Source: Patescibacteria group bacterium
GTDB taxonomy: Bacteria; Patescibacteriota; Patescibacteriia; GWA2-46-9
Assembly: GCA_041660005.1 (NCBI GenBank)
Contig: JBAZXG010000003.1
Span: forward strand, 835 to 64,834
Direction of reading: 5' to 3'
Length of the DNA: 64,000 nucleotides
The notes beneath the pieces are model-generated. The model searched no databases and was not told the origin of the DNA. It was given only the letters and a program-made list of their open reading frames with translations. Within the stretch, counting starts at the first letter, position 1. Each line of letters begins with the position of its first letter. The translations under genes were made by a program, and so were the position numbers. Shown here piece after piece: positions 63,396-64,000 of the stretch.

Positions 63396-64000
63396 ACGCA
63401 CGCCTTTATGGTGTACAGAAACGCGGTATTGGACGCTACACTGAGTCGCTACTGCAAGCGTTGGATGGTGCGCGTGACCGCTATACTCTGGTCGCTTTTA
63501 TTGAACAAGACAACACATTGCGCCAGTCGCTCGCGGAGCGTGGTTGGGAAGTTCATGAAGTTCGCGCGCGGGTTTATGGACTGCGCGAGCAATTGAGTTT
63601 TGTGCAAGAACTCATGAAAGCTTCTCTCGATCTACTGCACGTGCCGCACTTCAATGTGCCATACCTTTATAGGCGTCCGTATGTTGTGACCGTGCATGAT
63701 TTAATTCTGCATCACTACCCTAATCGCATGAGCTCAACAAGGAGTCTGCCCGTTTACACCTTTAAATACTTGGCTTACAGAATTGGTTTTCGTCATACTA
63801 TAAATGCCGCACGGCAAATTATTACCGTTTCTGGGTATACCAAGGAGGATTTGCTTACCTATTACCCTTGGCTAGCCCCCAAAACGAGCTCAATAATCCA
63901 ACCTGTACAGTTGACAGTGGAAACGGTGACTGACAAGGTCACGAATCTGCATTATAATAGTAATGAGCCATATGTACTTGTGGTCGGAGCTTTCTATCCG
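63371..64000 (+). CDS. GT4-family glycosyltransferase (partial; runs off the window)
   Basis: MGKIRLGIDARLYGVQKRGIGRY...HVPHFNVP...VTVHDL...VSGYTKED; open to the window end. Confidence 0.88.
   Translation, partial: MGKIRLGIDARLYGVQKRGIGRYTESLLQALDGARDRYTLVAFIEQDNTLRQSLAERGWEVHEVRARVYGLREQLSFVQELMKASLDLLHVPHFNVPYLYRRPYVVTVHDLILHHYPNRMSSTRSLPVYTFKYLAYRIGFRHTINAARQIITVSGYTKEDLLTYYPWLAPKTSSIIQPVQLTVETVTDKVTNLHYNSNEPYVLVVGAFYP

Noticed and set aside
1-64000. Alternative genetic code (UGA = Gly)
   Set aside because: Conserved genes are full length under the standard code, and several end at TGA overlapping the next start (for example 2853, 9213, 22922, 52391).

Overview
This is a 64-kb, gene-dense, almost entirely plus-strand chromosomal segment using the standard code (TGA acts as stop). 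It is most consistent with a Patescibacteria/CPR (Parcubacteria-like) genome; this is an inference from the truncated TsaB, short HrcA, Fe-S-less MutY, reduced RNase P RNA, AT-rich starts lacking Shine-Dalgarno (SD) motifs, minor-pilin cluster and giant FN3 protein. In order, the window holds: (1) a minimal dcw cluster (mraZ-rsmH-ftsL-ftsI-murF); (2) tRNA-Glu followed by an ~8-kb accessory region with a TrmB regulator, a NitT/TauT ABC importer, an orphan two-repeat protein, several palindromic REP/MITE-like elements, a solo Cas4-like nuclease, an ArsR-type gene bracketed by 37-bp direct repeats, and an M50-like protease; (3) a CIRCE-controlled hrcA-grpE-hsp20-dnaK-DUF3467-dnaJ operon; (4) cysS, an orphan VirD4/HerA-like ATPase, dnaX, tRNA-Gln, metK, mutY, FKBP, MazG-like, DsbA-VKOR, a PQQ-type dehydrogenase, tRNA-Pro, HAD, uppS, pgeF, YbhB and LOG; (5) four type IV minor pilins, a beta-CASP RNase, and a 2318-aa Kelch/FN3 surface protein coupled to an unusual MacB/LolD-like ABC system; (6) murJ, lepA, recJ, rnhA, rnpB and the start of a surface-polysaccharide locus. 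The best candidates for novelty are the giant protein plus extended ABC exporter module, the repeat-bracketed ArsR cassette beside the Cas4-like gene, a 160-bp MITE that supplies the tsaB stop codon, three small proteins missed by the ORF track, and an in-frame stop in the YbhB signal anchor. No CRISPR array, rRNA or intact transposase was seen. Family assignments come from recognising motifs by eye; no database search was run.
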